A DNA stretch of 64,000 nucleotides from an uncultured Acidobacteriota bacterium (GCA_963809485.1 CAWEJX010000007.1:1-64000); one strand, 5' to 3'; positions 47,965-58,989 are shown, numbered from the stretch's first letter. Notes: generated by a model from the letters alone, not told the origin. A program made the numbers and translations.

Positions 47965-48612
47965 CTAATCGCCCTGCTTCCAGTCCCGGATGAAGTGCCG
48001 CTGGTCTTCAGTTTCCGGAGAGGCGATACGAGCATGGGCTTCATTGCGCCGGAGCTTCGCGATCAAGCGGATTGCATCCTGGCCGGACGCAATCCCATGC
48101 CGGACGAGCCAGCATCCCACGACCGTCCCTGTTCTCCCTATCCCTCCCAGGCAGTGGACGTATGCAGGAAAACCGCTGATGATGGCGCCGTCGACAGCGT
48201 CCAGGATCTCCTCCATCTCCGAACGCGATGGAGTGCTCAGGTCGGCGACCGGCATGCGGCGGCATATAATCCGGAAGCGTCTGCCTACGAATTGCGTGAG
48301 CAGATCCACGTACGGGATCAGGGGCTGGCCGAATAAATTGCGGTCTCCCTCCATGGTCAGATCCACAAAACATCGGATCCCCGCAGCAAGGAATGCGCGC
48401 AGCTTTTTTTCAGCTTCCGGAATAACCGGATCGCCCGGATAGGCGCCGGCCAGGAATCTTCCGGAAAGGACCCAGTAGGACCGGTCGAACGGCGTGGGCG
48501 CCGTCTCCAGGCTGGCGGCTTTGAGCACCTCTGCAGACAGGGAGCTTTCCCGGGCAGCGTCCCCTGCGGCCCGGCCCGAAAGGCATCCGCGATCGCCTTG
48601 CGCCGTATTCAT
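47965..48612 (-). CDS. Dual-specificity / protein-tyrosine phosphatase family
   Basis: VHCLGGIGRTG CX5R loop, FLAGAYP, PETEDQ. Confidence 0.9.
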   Translation of the reverse strand: MNTAQGDRGCLSGRAAGDAARESSLSAEVLKAASLETAPTPFDRSYWVLSGRFLAGAYPGDPVIPEAEKKLRAFLAAGIRCFVDLTMEGDRNLFGQPLIPYVDLLTQFVGRRFRIICRRMPVADLSTPSRSEMEEILDAVDGAIISGFPAYVHCLGGIGRTGTVVGCWLVRHGIASGQDAIRLIAKLRRNEAHARIASPETEDQRHFIRDWKQGD

Positions 48613-48780
48613 ATCGAATTTCCTATAGTATCAAAGAAAGGGGGAACCCCTGGCGTTTGTTCAACAGCTATTACTGCCGCAGCATCCGTTTTGTTTCATC
48701 CCTGACAAAATCCTGGGGCGCGGGAGTCCATCAACTTCCTGTTTGCATTTCCGCGGTGTTGTGCGGGATACTGAACCGGA

Positions 48781-49845
48781 GTGAACCTTATGTCCGCGGA
48801 ACAGAAAACCGTACTCGTACTCTATAATCAAATCGAAAAGGACGAATACGAGGAATTGCGCCAGATCGATCCGGCGTCGCTCGACTTCACGCCGCATTAT
48901 ACCATTCACGTGGCAACCGTGCAGGAAGAGTACGACGCGATCGTGAATGCGCTGCGCCGGGAAGGCTTCGACGCAAACGGCGTCAATCTCAAAGATGACC
49001 TGGCCGAGCTTCTTGCGCGGCTCACCAGGAATCCTCCCGATGTCGTGTTCAACCTGGTCGAATTCTTTCACAACGATTTGAACCATGAATCAGCCATCGC
49101 GAGCTTCTATGACCTCTTCCGCGTGCGCTATACGGGCGCCTCGGCCTTCTGCCTCTCGCTGTGCAGACGCAAGGGATTGACAAAGCAGGTGCTGCTCCAA
49201 AGCGGAATGGCGACGCCGCATTTTCGAATACTCAAAGAACCGTCCATGGATCGCAGCCATGGCTTGCGCTATCCGCTGATTATCAAGCCGGCCCGCCAGG
49301 ATGGAAGCACGGGGGTGGACACCAATTCCGTCGTTTACGACTACACTCACCTGCGACCCCAGCTTGAAAACGTTTATGCCCGCTTCGGGGCACCGATACT
49401 CGTAGAGGAATTCATCCAGGGAAAAGAGCTGCATGTTTCGGTGCTGGGAAACAATCCGCCGGAGGTGCTGCCGGTCCTCGAATACGACTTTTCGGAGCTC
49501 CTCGAGGGCCATCCGCCTCTGATCACCTACGACGTGAAGTGGAATCCCCTTGCCGCGGCGTACCACCGGGTGCACTCGCGCTGCCCTGCCGAAATAGACG
49601 GCAGGACTGAAATGCTCGTAAGGGACCAAGCGCTCGCAGCTTACGCCGCCACCTATTGCCGCGATTACGCCCGTCTCGACCTGCGGCTGGGCAGCGACGG
49701 CGTGCCGTACATCCTGGAGGTGAACCCCAACCCGGATCTTACCGAAGGTGTTTCTTTCATGCAGTCCGCGGAGAAAGCCGGCCTCGGCTTTTCGGAGACG
49801 CTTCGCCGGATCGTCTCTTTTGCTTTCGACAGGGGAATGGAATAG
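48781..49845 (+). CDS. D-Ala-D-Ala ligase-like ATP-grasp protein
   Basis: DVVFNLVE, YTGA, YPLIIKP..DGSTG, LVEEFIQGKE, DYARLDLR, ILEVNPNP. Confidence 0.9.
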   Translation: MNLMSAEQKTVLVLYNQIEKDEYEELRQIDPASLDFTPHYTIHVATVQEEYDAIVNALRREGFDANGVNLKDDLAELLARLTRNPPDVVFNLVEFFHNDLNHESAIASFYDLFRVRYTGASAFCLSLCRRKGLTKQVLLQSGMATPHFRILKEPSMDRSHGLRYPLIIKPARQDGSTGVDTNSVVYDYTHLRPQLENVYARFGAPILVEEFIQGKELHVSVLGNNPPEVLPVLEYDFSELLEGHPPLITYDVKWNPLAAAYHRVHSRCPAEIDGRTEMLVRDQALAAYAATYCRDYARLDLRLGSDGVPYILEVNPNPDLTEGVSFMQSAEKAGLGFSETLRRIVSFAFDRGME

Positions 49846-50049
49846 CCTTTACGGGATTCCGCTCCAAGCGTCCGTTTGCGCGTCACTCGATTGAGCCGCT
49901 GATATGTGCCGGCATGAGCCCATGAGGTGCTTCCGATGCCGCAAGAGAGTGGTCCCTGTCTATGGGCACAACAGCAACCGATGAAAGATAAAATCAATTT
50001 CATGCGTCATAAATATTCCTGCAGCTTTGGGAGCCGCATAATATCGAAT

Positions 50050-51162
50050 GACGAATTCCCCCTCACAACCTCCGGCCTGGTCTGCTTTGAGGCGGGGACA
50101 ACATCTCCGGCCAATGTAAACGTAGCCTGCGAAGGGGAACGTTACGGATACACGAAAAACAACGCCGGATTCGAGGCTGGATACCGGCTCACCCCCGGAA
50201 ACCGCCTGAGCGCAAACTACGATTACCTGGATATCAACCGCGACAGGTTCGACTCCGAGGAAACCGGGGAAAATAAGGTTTTCGTGCAATGGTCCAACAC
50301 GTCGCTGGATGCCTTGACAGCGCGCTTCAAATATCAATACACCCGCCGGCGGTCCGAATTCCTTACGGATAACGCCGGCTTCGACGCCAACTCCCCTTAC
50401 TACCTGGAGCGCTTCAACCGCTCCTTCGATGTCGCCAACCTGAATCAGCACCTCGTCAAGGCATACTTCGACTGGACGCCCGTGAAGTTCCTCGATTTCG
50501 GCTTTGAAGCCTACTACAAGAAAAACGATTACCAGGACTTCGTTCTGGGCAGGATGAACGACCACCGGAAGGAGTTCTACGGCAGCATCTCTTATGGCGA
50601 TCCGGAGAAATTCCGTTTAACCCTGTTCGGTGACATCGAGTTCATCAACTACGACTCGTACCATCGGACTGTCAACGCCGGCACATGCCCGCCAACCTCT
50701 CCCGACTGCTTTGATCCGAACACCCCTCCGACCACAACCGCGTTTAACTGGGGCGCGAAGCTCAAGGACAAAAACTGGACGGTGGAGTTCGGCGCCGACT
50801 GGCCGGTGATGGAAAAACTCATTCTCAGGGGTTCCGCGATTTACCAGGAGACCCGGGGCTGGGTGGATTTCCAGTCTCAGACGCTCGCGGATGGCACGCC
50901 GGCCGCCCTGTTGTATCCGATCAACGCTTACGACAACACTCAGCGCTGGTCGGTCAATCCGCGCGCCGTCATCAGCATCGTCCGGAATGTCGAGCTGACC
51001 TTGGGTTACGCGTTCGACAAGTACGATTACAAAGACACGCAATTGGAGGGGTACCAGTACACGATCGGCACGGGAACGACCACGAGCTATCTGAACGGCG
51101 TCTACGCGTTCCCCAACTACACGGCGCATATTGCATACGGCACGATGCGGTATCGCTTCTAG
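50050..51162 (+). pseudogene. MtrB/PioB-like outer-membrane beta-barrel, C-terminal part only (5' boundary approximate)
   Basis: Alternating aromatic beta strands, RSFDVAN, NDYQD..LG, terminal YRF. No signal peptide, and shorter than full family members. Confidence 0.6.
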
Positions 51163-51190
51163 TTCGAACATCTTTGGGGGATTTCGAGGT

Positions 51191-51359
51191 TCAACCGCTC
51201 AAAGCGGTTGAAGGAGTTACGCTGGTCTTGAACGCTGACTTACGCGGGCAAAAGCCGATGAGGCGCTTCCGATCCCCGCCGAACAGATCGGCGTTTGTCA
51301 GCGTATCTCAGCGTTTCAAAATACGGAGCTGTCAACTCTATGAGACCCCCGGCAGAGCC
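51191..51359 (-). mobile_element. IS200-end PATE/MITE, copy D, interrupted by IS4 copy 2 (continues 53743-53770)
   Basis: Same body as copy B. The terminal hairpin CCCCCGGCAGAGCC|AGGGG is split by the IS. The outermost right-end hairpin is absent. Confidence 0.8.
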
Positions 51360-53742
51360 CTCGCTGCGGGACACAGTTGACACTGTGGGTGTTTGATGCT
51401 ATACATAACCCATGCGACTGTGTGGGCGCGAGTTCAGCGCGGAGGTAATTGCCCAGATTGGAGGGATCTTGAGTGCCAATCCCTCTTTGTCTCGTTGTGC
51501 CCTGTCTCAGCGCGTTTGCGAGCTTCTGCAGTGGAAATCGCCTAACGGCAAAATCAAGGAGGTTAGTTGCAGAAAAGCGCTGCTTGAATTGCACCGCCGC
51601 GGTTTTCTCAATCTGCCGGCGGCTGCGGAATCCTGTTTCAATCGATCTAGCTCCAAGCCGCCGCCTGATCTAATGGCTGATGTGTCTGAGCTAGAATGCA
51701 CTCTGGATGAACTCGGTAAGATAAGCATTGCTCCTGTCTCCAGCCGCTACAGCAAGGCGTCGAAGATATGGAATACTCTCGTGGAGCAATTCCATTATTT
51801 GGGCAAAGGGCCTCTGTGCGGCGCACAGATTCGCTACTTGGTAGAGAGTTCAGAACATGGGTTTGTTGGAGCACTGGCTTTCAGCGCTGCACAGTGGCGG
51901 TTGAAGAAACGAGATAAATATATTGGCTGGACCGAGGCAGCTCGACGTGCCAATCTGAATCTGGTTGTTTGTAATAGCCGATTTCTGATTTTGCCCGGCG
52001 TGCACGTTCCGAACCTGGCTTCGCATGTACTGAGCCAGTGTCTGGGCCGGCTGGCGGATGACTGGGTAGACCGCTATAATTACCGGCCGGTGTTGGTCGA
52101 GACCTTTGTGGACCCGAGCCGTTTTGTCGGGACGTGCTATCGAGCGGCTAATTGGTTGCATGTCGGGCAGACAGCGGCGGAGGATACGGCGTATCCCAAC
52201 GGGAAGGTAGCAAAAGGGCCCAAAGACATCTACTTGTATCCGCTCCGTGGCGATTGGCAAAAGGTGCTAAGTACGGAGCCGAAGGTAGTGCTGGGAAACA
52301 CGCCGCAGTTCGAAGCCCCAGACGACTGGACCGAAGAAGAATTCGGGCGGGTGCAGTTTTTCGATCAACGGCTCAAATCCCGGCTGTTCACGTTGGCGGC
52401 GGATTTTTTTGCGCAACCTGGGGAACTGATTCCGCAGGCATCCAGCGGCTCGAAAGCAAAGACAAAAGCAGCGTACCGATTTTTTCAGAATGACAACGTG
52501 GATATGCAGAAGCTACTCAGACCGCACATTGAGTCGACCATTGAACGGCTGCGTACGCATAAGGTGATACTGGCGGTACAGGACACGAGTTCGCTGAACT
52601 ACACCGCGCACCCACCTGAGGGAGTCGGTCCAATCAATAACAGTCAGAATAGCGCCATGGGGCTGGAGCTTCACGACACGATGGCGTTTACTCCCGAGGG
52701 CATACCGCTGGGACTGCTCGACGTGCAATGTTGGGCGCGGGATCCGAACGACGTGGGCAAAAAGCGCCGCCGCCACCAACTGCCGATCGAAGCCAAAGAA
52801 AGCAAGAAATGGCTGGTGAGTTACCGAGCCGTAAGCGAGGTACAAAAGATCTGCTCGGATACGATGCTTGTGAGCGTCGGCGATCGAGAGGCCGACATCT
52901 ACGAGCTGTTCCATGAAGCCGCACAGGATACATCAGGTGCGAAGCTGCTAATCCGTGCCGATCGCGCTCGAAATCGAGCGGTCATCGAGGAGGACAATAA
53001 GGAAGAACTGTGGAAGAAGATGGAGGGAGAGCCCGTAGCTGGATTGGTCGATGTCGCAGTCCCGCGTCGAGGTTCGAGCCCAGCTCGGACAGCTAAGATT
53101 CAAGTGAGGTTTTCCCGAATAATGCTCAACCCACCGTCAAAAAGCAAGCTCCCAGCCTTGAGCGTATGGGCGGTGTATGCGCGGGAAGTCGACTATGGCG
53201 TCGAAGTCAAAGAACCTATTGATTGGATGCTTTTGACTTCAGTCAAGACAGAGAGCTTTGAAGATGCTTGCGAGCGACTGAGTTGGTATGCCCGACGTTG
53301 GGGAATTGAAGTATATCATCGCACGATAAAAAGCGGATGCCGTATCGAGGATCGTCGGTTGGATGATGCCGAGAGCATTCAGGCTTGCCTAGCAATCGAC
53401 CTTGTGGTGGCTTGGCGAGTCTACTGGCTTACTATGGTGGCCCGAGAAAAACCGGAGACACCGTGCAATCAAATACTCAGTGAAGATGAATGGCATGTGC
53501 TGAGCGCCTGGGCAACAGGCAAGATTGCCGATACAGTTCCCAGTACCAAACAGGCGATGCACTGGATTGGCAAACTGGGTGGTTGGCTGAGCAGAGGGAA
53601 AACTGACAATCCGGGTACAACATGTATGTGGAGGGGGCTGGGCCGTCTGCCAAGCATGGCGCAAGGATATCGGCTGGCTCTACAGATTCATGGAGTGAGG
53701 GCTGGCCCTTGAGCCACAGTCTCACCTGTGGGGTACAGCGAG
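51360..53742 (+). mobile_element. IS4-family insertion sequence, copy 2, 2383 bp
   Basis: Same IRs as copy 1. 9-bp TSD GGCAGAGCC at 51351-51359 and 53743-53751. Confidence 0.96.
51412..53712 (+). CDS. IS4-family transposase with N-terminal DUF4338-like domain, 766 aa
   Basis: Matches copy 1. The only protein difference I found is MVAREK versus MVGREK, plus a few silent changes. Confidence 0.93.
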   Translation: MRLCGREFSAEVIAQIGGILSANPSLSRCALSQRVCELLQWKSPNGKIKEVSCRKALLELHRRGFLNLPAAAESCFNRSSSKPPPDLMADVSELECTLDELGKISIAPVSSRYSKASKIWNTLVEQFHYLGKGPLCGAQIRYLVESSEHGFVGALAFSAAQWRLKKRDKYIGWTEAARRANLNLVVCNSRFLILPGVHVPNLASHVLSQCLGRLADDWVDRYNYRPVLVETFVDPSRFVGTCYRAANWLHVGQTAAEDTAYPNGKVAKGPKDIYLYPLRGDWQKVLSTEPKVVLGNTPQFEAPDDWTEEEFGRVQFFDQRLKSRLFTLAADFFAQPGELIPQASSGSKAKTKAAYRFFQNDNVDMQKLLRPHIESTIERLRTHKVILAVQDTSSLNYTAHPPEGVGPINNSQNSAMGLELHDTMAFTPEGIPLGLLDVQCWARDPNDVGKKRRRHQLPIEAKESKKWLVSYRAVSEVQKICSDTMLVSVGDREADIYELFHEAAQDTSGAKLLIRADRARNRAVIEEDNKEELWKKMEGEPVAGLVDVAVPRRGSSPARTAKIQVRFSRIMLNPPSKSKLPALSVWAVYAREVDYGVEVKEPIDWMLLTSVKTESFEDACERLSWYARRWGIEVYHRTIKSGCRIEDRRLDDAESIQACLAIDLVVAWRVYWLTMVAREKPETPCNQILSEDEWHVLSAWATGKIADTVPSTKQAMHWIGKLGGWLSRGKTDNPGTTCMWRGLGRLPSMAQGYRLALQIHGVRAGP

Positions 53743-53790
53743 GGCAGAGCCAGGGGTCTACCAATAGAATCAACTCCCGGAACTATAAAA

Positions 53791-54504
53791 ATGCGTTTGA
53801 TGATCAGTGTTGTGTCGGGGGCGGAAGCGCGCGAAGCCCTCTCGGGAGGCGCCGAGATCCTGGACGTCAAGAATCCCGCAGAAGGCTCGCTGGGCGCCCA
53901 ATCCCCCCGGATTATTCGCGAGATCAGGGATCTATGCCGCGGGAAAGCAGATCTCAGCGCGGCGATCGGCGACATGCCCAATCTGCCCGGCACGGCAGCA
54001 CTTGCAGCCCTGGGGGCCGCAGCATGCGGTGCCGATTATGTTAAGGTCGGCCTGTTTGGGCCGCGCAACGAAACGGAAGCCCTCACGATGCTCGGCGAAG
54101 TGAAGCTGGCCGTGGCGGAGCTGCCGGTATCGGTCATCGCCGCAGCGTACGCCGACTTCGGCCGCGCCGGCACCCTGGATCCGGAATGCCTGCCGCGCCT
54201 GGCTGCGAAGGCGGGCATCCGAGGGTGTCTGCTGGATACGGCCATCAAAGACGGACACACGCTACTGGATTTTCTTGCGCCGGAAACGCTGCGCCGCCTG
54301 GCGGATCAAGCCCATGAAGCCGGCCTGCTGTTCGCGCTGGCCGGAGCTCTGCGCGAACAGGATCTTTCCCTGGCCTGTGAATTGGGGGCGGACATAGCGG
54401 GGTTGCGTACCGCCGCATGCCGGGATAATCAGCGCGACGGAATCCTCGATGCGCACCGCGTTCGGCGGCTGCACCAGGCCATTCGCGGGCGGGCAGCTAC
54501 TTAA
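53791..54504 (+). CDS. mfnB: (5-formylfuran-3-yl)methyl phosphate synthase (methanofuran biosynthesis)
   Basis: MRLMISV..EA..A..GGAEILDVKNPAEGSLGA, SAAIGD, DYVKVGL, LLDTAIKDG, ALAGAL. Confidence 0.9.
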   Translation: MRLMISVVSGAEAREALSGGAEILDVKNPAEGSLGAQSPRIIREIRDLCRGKADLSAAIGDMPNLPGTAALAALGAAACGADYVKVGLFGPRNETEALTMLGEVKLAVAELPVSVIAAAYADFGRAGTLDPECLPRLAAKAGIRGCLLDTAIKDGHTLLDFLAPETLRRLADQAHEAGLLFALAGALREQDLSLACELGADIAGLRTAACRDNQRDGILDAHRVRRLHQAIRGRAAT

Positions 54505-54698
54505 CCACAATCCTTAACGCGAATTTTCCCTCAACATTTCCATGAGCAGCTCGTATTTGAGCCTGTCTGCTTGCGCAACCGGGCGCAGGTTTGGAGCAAT
54601 AATGGGTATCCTCCGGCAGAGCCGGTAGATCTCCTAACGCATTAGCGTTCACCGGCGTCTGTTTCAGCGCATGTCGGCGTCGCCTGGTCTTTGAGCAG

Positions 54699-55403
54699 TC
54701 AGACTGTGTGAGCCTCCAGAGAAGCTGGGGGAATCGCTGATGTATTTATGCAGGTACCGGTTGTCCGGCCCGTATCCATCAGTTCAACCAACCGTTCGGG
54801 ATGCAAACCGCTGACCACCCATGTTTCGAGCGGAGTGCGGGCCAGGAAACGGGACAGCTGCCGGTCCACTCCCCCGTCAATCCTTGCCAGTTGATCCACG
54901 GTCAATTCCGCAATCAGCTCATCCGGGTGACCTGATGAATTTTTGTCCTTCAAAATTCCATCGACATCCTTGAGCAAAACAAGCCGCCGGCAGCCGGTCG
55001 CATACGCCACCCACGCGGCAATCGTGTCGGAGGTGACCTCCCAGGAATGCGGAAGCGGGTCGGCATGAATGATCTCCGCAGAAGGCAGCAGGATCGACGG
55101 ACTGCCGGACTCGGCAATCCGTCGGGCTTCGGCCAGATTCTTCACCCTCGAGCTGCCTGGGATCAGCTGACTCAAAACATATCCGTACTGGTCCATGGCA
55201 AGCAATGCCATGCAATGAGCGGTGCTTTCAGAGAGAGTGTACCGGGCGTAAATCTTCCGGACCAGGTCGGCGAATTCGCCTCCGCCCGGCACGACCAGCA
55301 GCGGACGGCGCTGGCCCAGGCGCGATATTTCCAGGCACAGGGCGGCCAGCCCATTGCCGCGGCTCAAACTGCCTCCAATTTTTAAAATCGCGTCCAGGCT
55401 CAT
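54699..55403 (-). CDS. mfnE: Amino-acid-kinase-family protein, MfnE-like
   Basis: LKIGGSL, VPGGGEFAD, AHCMALLAMDQ, LPHSWEVTSDTIA, LKDVDG. Cluster context. Confidence 0.8.
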   Translation of the reverse strand: MSLDAILKIGGSLSRGNGLAALCLEISRLGQRRPLLVVPGGGEFADLVRKIYARYTLSESTAHCMALLAMDQYGYVLSQLIPGSSRVKNLAEARRIAESGSPSILLPSAEIIHADPLPHSWEVTSDTIAAWVAYATGCRRLVLLKDVDGILKDKNSSGHPDELIAELTVDQLARIDGGVDRQLSRFLARTPLETWVVSGLHPERLVELMDTGRTTGTCINTSAIPPASLEAHTV

Positions 55404-56450
55404 AATGCTTCTGCTTTCATATGCCCGGCCAGCAGGTATGCCGCTGCAAGACAGGGAGCAACCGACAACTCCTCCGCTCCCCAATTACCCGCCGGATGCC
55501 GGATTTCAAGCCCAAGGCCGGCCGCAGCAGCTCTGGCAAGAAACGCCCCCGAACCCAGCGCCACCACGGGATGATGGCGCAATCCCGGCAGCCGGCCGAT
55601 GACCTGGCTCAAGCCCTCCTGAATCTGAACCACCTGCCGGGCGTGAATATATCTGGCCAATTCGTCGATCTCAGTTTCCGAAAGCATTTCCGTGTCAGCA
55701 CATACTAGGCGCGCAAGGCGTCTGCGGGATGAGTCAAGGGAAGGCGGTTTCCCATCGGGTGTCGGGCAGGTATAGTCCTTCGTGAGCAAATGACCCAGTA
55801 TCAGGTTCACATCCCCGCTGATCGCAAAGTATTCAGAGGATACACGGCAGAAGCTGCCTGCGACCGGAACAGAGTGAACGATCGCCGCCAGGTTTGTGCG
55901 TAAAGCGCCCGTATAGACAAGCTCGCCCGACGACAGGCGCTCCAGGTCCGTCCGTCCGATGACTTTCACCTGGCCGTCCAGGACAGGCAGTATGTCGGTG
56001 GTGGTGCTGCCCACGTCCACAATCAGGCAATCGGGGAATCGAATTCCGATCCATTGAGCGGACGCCAGCCAGTTCGATGCCGCAAAATCCAGCGGGCGGG
56101 TTCCGCGCTTCGTCCAGGGAGACGAATTCACCGGAGAGGCTCAGCGCATAGCAAGCAATCCCGGGAGAGCAGGTTTCCGCGCAATCCAGCACGAAAAGCA
56201 CTCCCTCGCGCTTTGTGGCAAATATGTCCGACAACTCGGCTGTCATGGTTACGGCAGCCGCTCGAGGCGGAGCACCTGCGGATATTTCAGTGAAGATCCC
56301 GCGCATCGCCTCAGCAAGCCTTTCCTTTTCACGCCAGATCTCGAGCGGCTGCACGGCGGTCCGCATCAGGTCCGGCTGACCCCGCTCCAGCCCTAAAAAT
56401 GCGGCTTTGACATTAGCCGCCCCGATATCCCAACCAACATAGCCGATCAT
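55400..56450 (-). CDS. mfnF: Hydantoinase-A-like H4MPT/MFR biosynthesis protein (MfnF/Orf9-like), frameshift near 56099
   Basis: GWDIGAANVK, TMTAELSD.F.TKREGV in one frame; AASNW, VDVGSTTTDI, ELVYTGALRT in the next. One extra C in AACCCGCCCG. Confidence 0.8.
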
Positions 56451-56465
56451 TGCAGTCCGCCGCCA

Positions 56466-57539
56466 TTATTTGTTCGCTGATAAATCCCAGGAAGCTGGAT
56501 CGTCCTTTTTTATCACAGCCCGGCCCACAAGCGGAACGCGATCGGGCAGGCTTCCTTGCATGCACGAGTCCCATATTGCGCGGGCCAGATTGATCCCCGC
56601 AACCCGGCGAAGCCCGATGTATGAAGTCGTAAGGCGCGGATTGATCTCAATCAGCCAGGCACCTCTGTCTTTCAGCACAAGGTCAACGCCGGCATATCCC
56701 TTCATGCCCGGGATCAGTCTTGCGGCCGAACAGGCCAGCTCCAGGGCATACTCGTCCGCGGTATGATTAAGGGGCACTTCGCTCCCCAGGTACCGGAACA
56801 CGGCTCCGTTTTCGATCAGCTGGCGGTTCAGGCTCAAAGGCAGGCAGCGGTCCCCGGCAATCAACATAGACACGCTGGCATGGATCCCGCTCATCATGGA
56901 TTGTAGTAGAATCTGCCTGCGGCGTGTCACCCGGCGGATCAGCGCCAGGGCAGCAGGCATGTCTGAAAAGGAGTCAATCCGGCAGACGCCCTCGCAGCCG
57001 ACGCCGTCCAATGGCTTTATTACCAGGGGCAAACACATTTGCTCCGCTATGCGGCGGGCGGAGGCAAAGCTGGCGGCATGGCTTTCAGGTGCCGGCAACT
57101 CTGCGTCGCGGAAAATCCTGGCGCAGGACCCCTTATCTCCCGCCACGGCGACCGCCGCGGAACTGGAACCCAGCACAGAAATTCCAACCCTTTCCGCATG
57201 CGCCGTAAGCTTTTTCAGGATGCCGTTTGTTTCCGGAGCTATAATAATTACGGCATCGCAGCGCTGGAGCAGGGAGAGATAGACGGTTTCGTAATCGCCG
57301 GGGGAAACCCCAACCACCTCGTCAGCCGGCAGAGTCGCCCGGTTCAGGTTTGGGATTTGTTCCTCGAAACGAGGATCGAGGACACTGATTGTGCGCACTG
57401 CTCCCCAACGGCTAAAATCCGTCAGGACGGCCCAGAGCATGCCCAGCGCTTCGGAGGCCAGCCCGGGGGTCAAGCTCCCTTCCGGACAGCCTCCTCCGGT
57501 GAAGAATTCATAAACCAGGACCCTTGCAGGAGCAGTCAT
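56466..57539 (-). CDS. mfnD: ATP-grasp ligase, MfnD (tyramine-glutamate ligase)-like
   Basis: VLVYEFFTGG, IIAPETNG, VIKPLDGVGCEG, LSLNRQ, GYAGVDL, IEINPRLTTSY. Confidence 0.8.
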   Translation of the reverse strand: MTAPARVLVYEFFTGGGCPEGSLTPGLASEALGMLWAVLTDFSRWGAVRTISVLDPRFEEQIPNLNRATLPADEVVGVSPGDYETVYLSLLQRCDAVIIIAPETNGILKKLTAHAERVGISVLGSSSAAVAVAGDKGSCARIFRDAELPAPESHAASFASARRIAEQMCLPLVIKPLDGVGCEGVCRIDSFSDMPAALALIRRVTRRRQILLQSMMSGIHASVSMLIAGDRCLPLSLNRQLIENGAVFRYLGSEVPLNHTADEYALELACSAARLIPGMKGYAGVDLVLKDRGAWLIEINPRLTTSYIGLRRVAGINLARAIWDSCMQGSLPDRVPLVGRAVIKKDDPASWDLSANK

Positions 57540-58287
57540 GCGTCTTATTCCCGTCATCGATTTGCTGGATGGCCAGGCTGTGCACGCCGTTATAGGCAAG
57601 CGAGAGCATTACAGGCCCGTGAAGAGTGTGCTATGCGATACACCCGATCCTTTTGAAGTCGCTACGGCTTTCCGCGACCGTCTGGGATTGAACGAGATCT
57701 ACATCGCCGACCTGGATGCCATTCAGGGCGCCCGACAGGTCAATCATCGCGAAATGATTGCAGCTCTTGCCGGCGAAGAAGACCTTAATATTATCCTGGA
57801 TGCGGGAGTTTCAGATGTGGAAAATACAAGGACCTGGCTCGATCTTGGCGTCCGCAAAGTTGTGATCGGGGCCGAAACACTTCGCACCTGGGATGCGCTG
57901 CAGGATATTCCCGCAAAAGTCGACAGAGACCGCCTGATCTTCAGCCTGGATTCCCATGCCGGCAAGATCCTGTCTCAATCCCCGGCACTGGCCGCACTGT
58001 CTCCCATGAAAGCGCTCGAGCATTTACAGGCTGCGGGCTGGCAGGAGGTGCTTCTGCTGGACCTCAGGCTTGTGGGAAGCGGGGAAGGTGTGGATCGAAA
58101 GCTGGCATCGGAAGCACGCAGGAATTTCCCGGATCTGAGCCTCCTGGTCGGGGGAGGGTTAGCCCGGCCCGAGGAACTGGCCGAGCTGGAAGCCATGGGA
58201 GTAGCGGGGGTTCTCGCGGCGACCGCTCTTCACTATGGGACGATTACGGCGCAACACTTGGCCGCTCTGGTCCGGAATCCCTCCTGA
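57538..58287 (+). CDS. HisA/HisF-related TIM-barrel protein of H4MPT clusters (Orf17-like)
   Basis: MRLIPVIDLLDGQAVHAV.G.REHYRP, YIADLDAI, LDL..VGSGEG, VGGG. Confidence 0.85.
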   Translation: MRLIPVIDLLDGQAVHAVIGKREHYRPVKSVLCDTPDPFEVATAFRDRLGLNEIYIADLDAIQGARQVNHREMIAALAGEEDLNIILDAGVSDVENTRTWLDLGVRKVVIGAETLRTWDALQDIPAKVDRDRLIFSLDSHAGKILSQSPALAALSPMKALEHLQAAGWQEVLLLDLRLVGSGEGVDRKLASEARRNFPDLSLLVGGGLARPEELAELEAMGVAGVLAATALHYGTITAQHLAALVRNPS

Positions 58288-58358
58288 TAGACGTTCCCCA
58301 CCTTCGCCTGCTTTTCGGTCCGGGCAGGCAAATGTGGAGAACGTCACCGGATAATTCC

Positions 58359-58871
58359 TTATTTGTACGCAGCAAAAGGATGCGCTACTTCGCCCTTCTT
58401 TTTCAGGATTTCAGCGACCTTCGGCTCTCCGGCCACCGCCCGCTGAATAGCAAGTTTGGTCGCTTCGTAGTTGTATTTCTGGATTTTGGCGTCATCCTTC
58501 GCTTCCCAATGGATGAACACGCCTACGAGGATAAACACATTCTCCGCCTCTGCTTTGGTGATCGTGCCTTCCTCGACGCAATCGGCAACCGCCATGGCCA
58601 CCGCCCGCTGCGCCGGGCCGAACATCTGAACCGCCTGAGTGGCGTTTTTGATGGTGACTTTGTTGAACATCACGGTGTGAGGCTTGCACACCAGGTTCGG
58701 TGCAATCACTGCCAGCAGAGCCGTGAAACCATCCTTGTTGTTGGTGAGGGTATTGCAGAACGCCGTCTCGGCAGCGCTGCCGCGCGGCCCCATCAACAGG
58801 TCGATATGAGCGACTTCATTCCCCTCGCCGACCAGGGCTTCTCCTACCATCACCTGAGTTACTTTTGCCAT
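58359..58871 (-). CDS. fae: Formaldehyde-activating enzyme
   Basis: [57 protein letters not shown]. Confidence 0.97.
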   Translation of the reverse strand: MAKVTQVMVGEALVGEGNEVAHIDLLMGPRGSAAETAFCNTLTNNKDGFTALLAVIAPNLVCKPHTVMFNKVTIKNATQAVQMFGPAQRAVAMAVADCVEEGTITKAEAENVFILVGVFIHWEAKDDAKIQKYNYEATKLAIQRAVAGEPKVAEILKKKGEVAHPFAAYK

Positions 58872-58989
58872 GCTTCTATCCTCCTATAATATGGAATGAG
58901 ACTGGATTGGACCCGGCCATCCAAAGAACTATCCAAGAGAACTATTTTACGGCTTGGTGCAGGATCTATATATCGATCGGCATTTTTTG

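Noticed and set aside
8-53742. A 54-kb composite transposon or inversion bounded by the two inverted IS4 copies
   Set aside because: Each copy is flanked by its own matching TSD (GGCTCTGGC versus GGCAGAGCC). That indicates independent insertions, with no joint transposition or net inversion between them.
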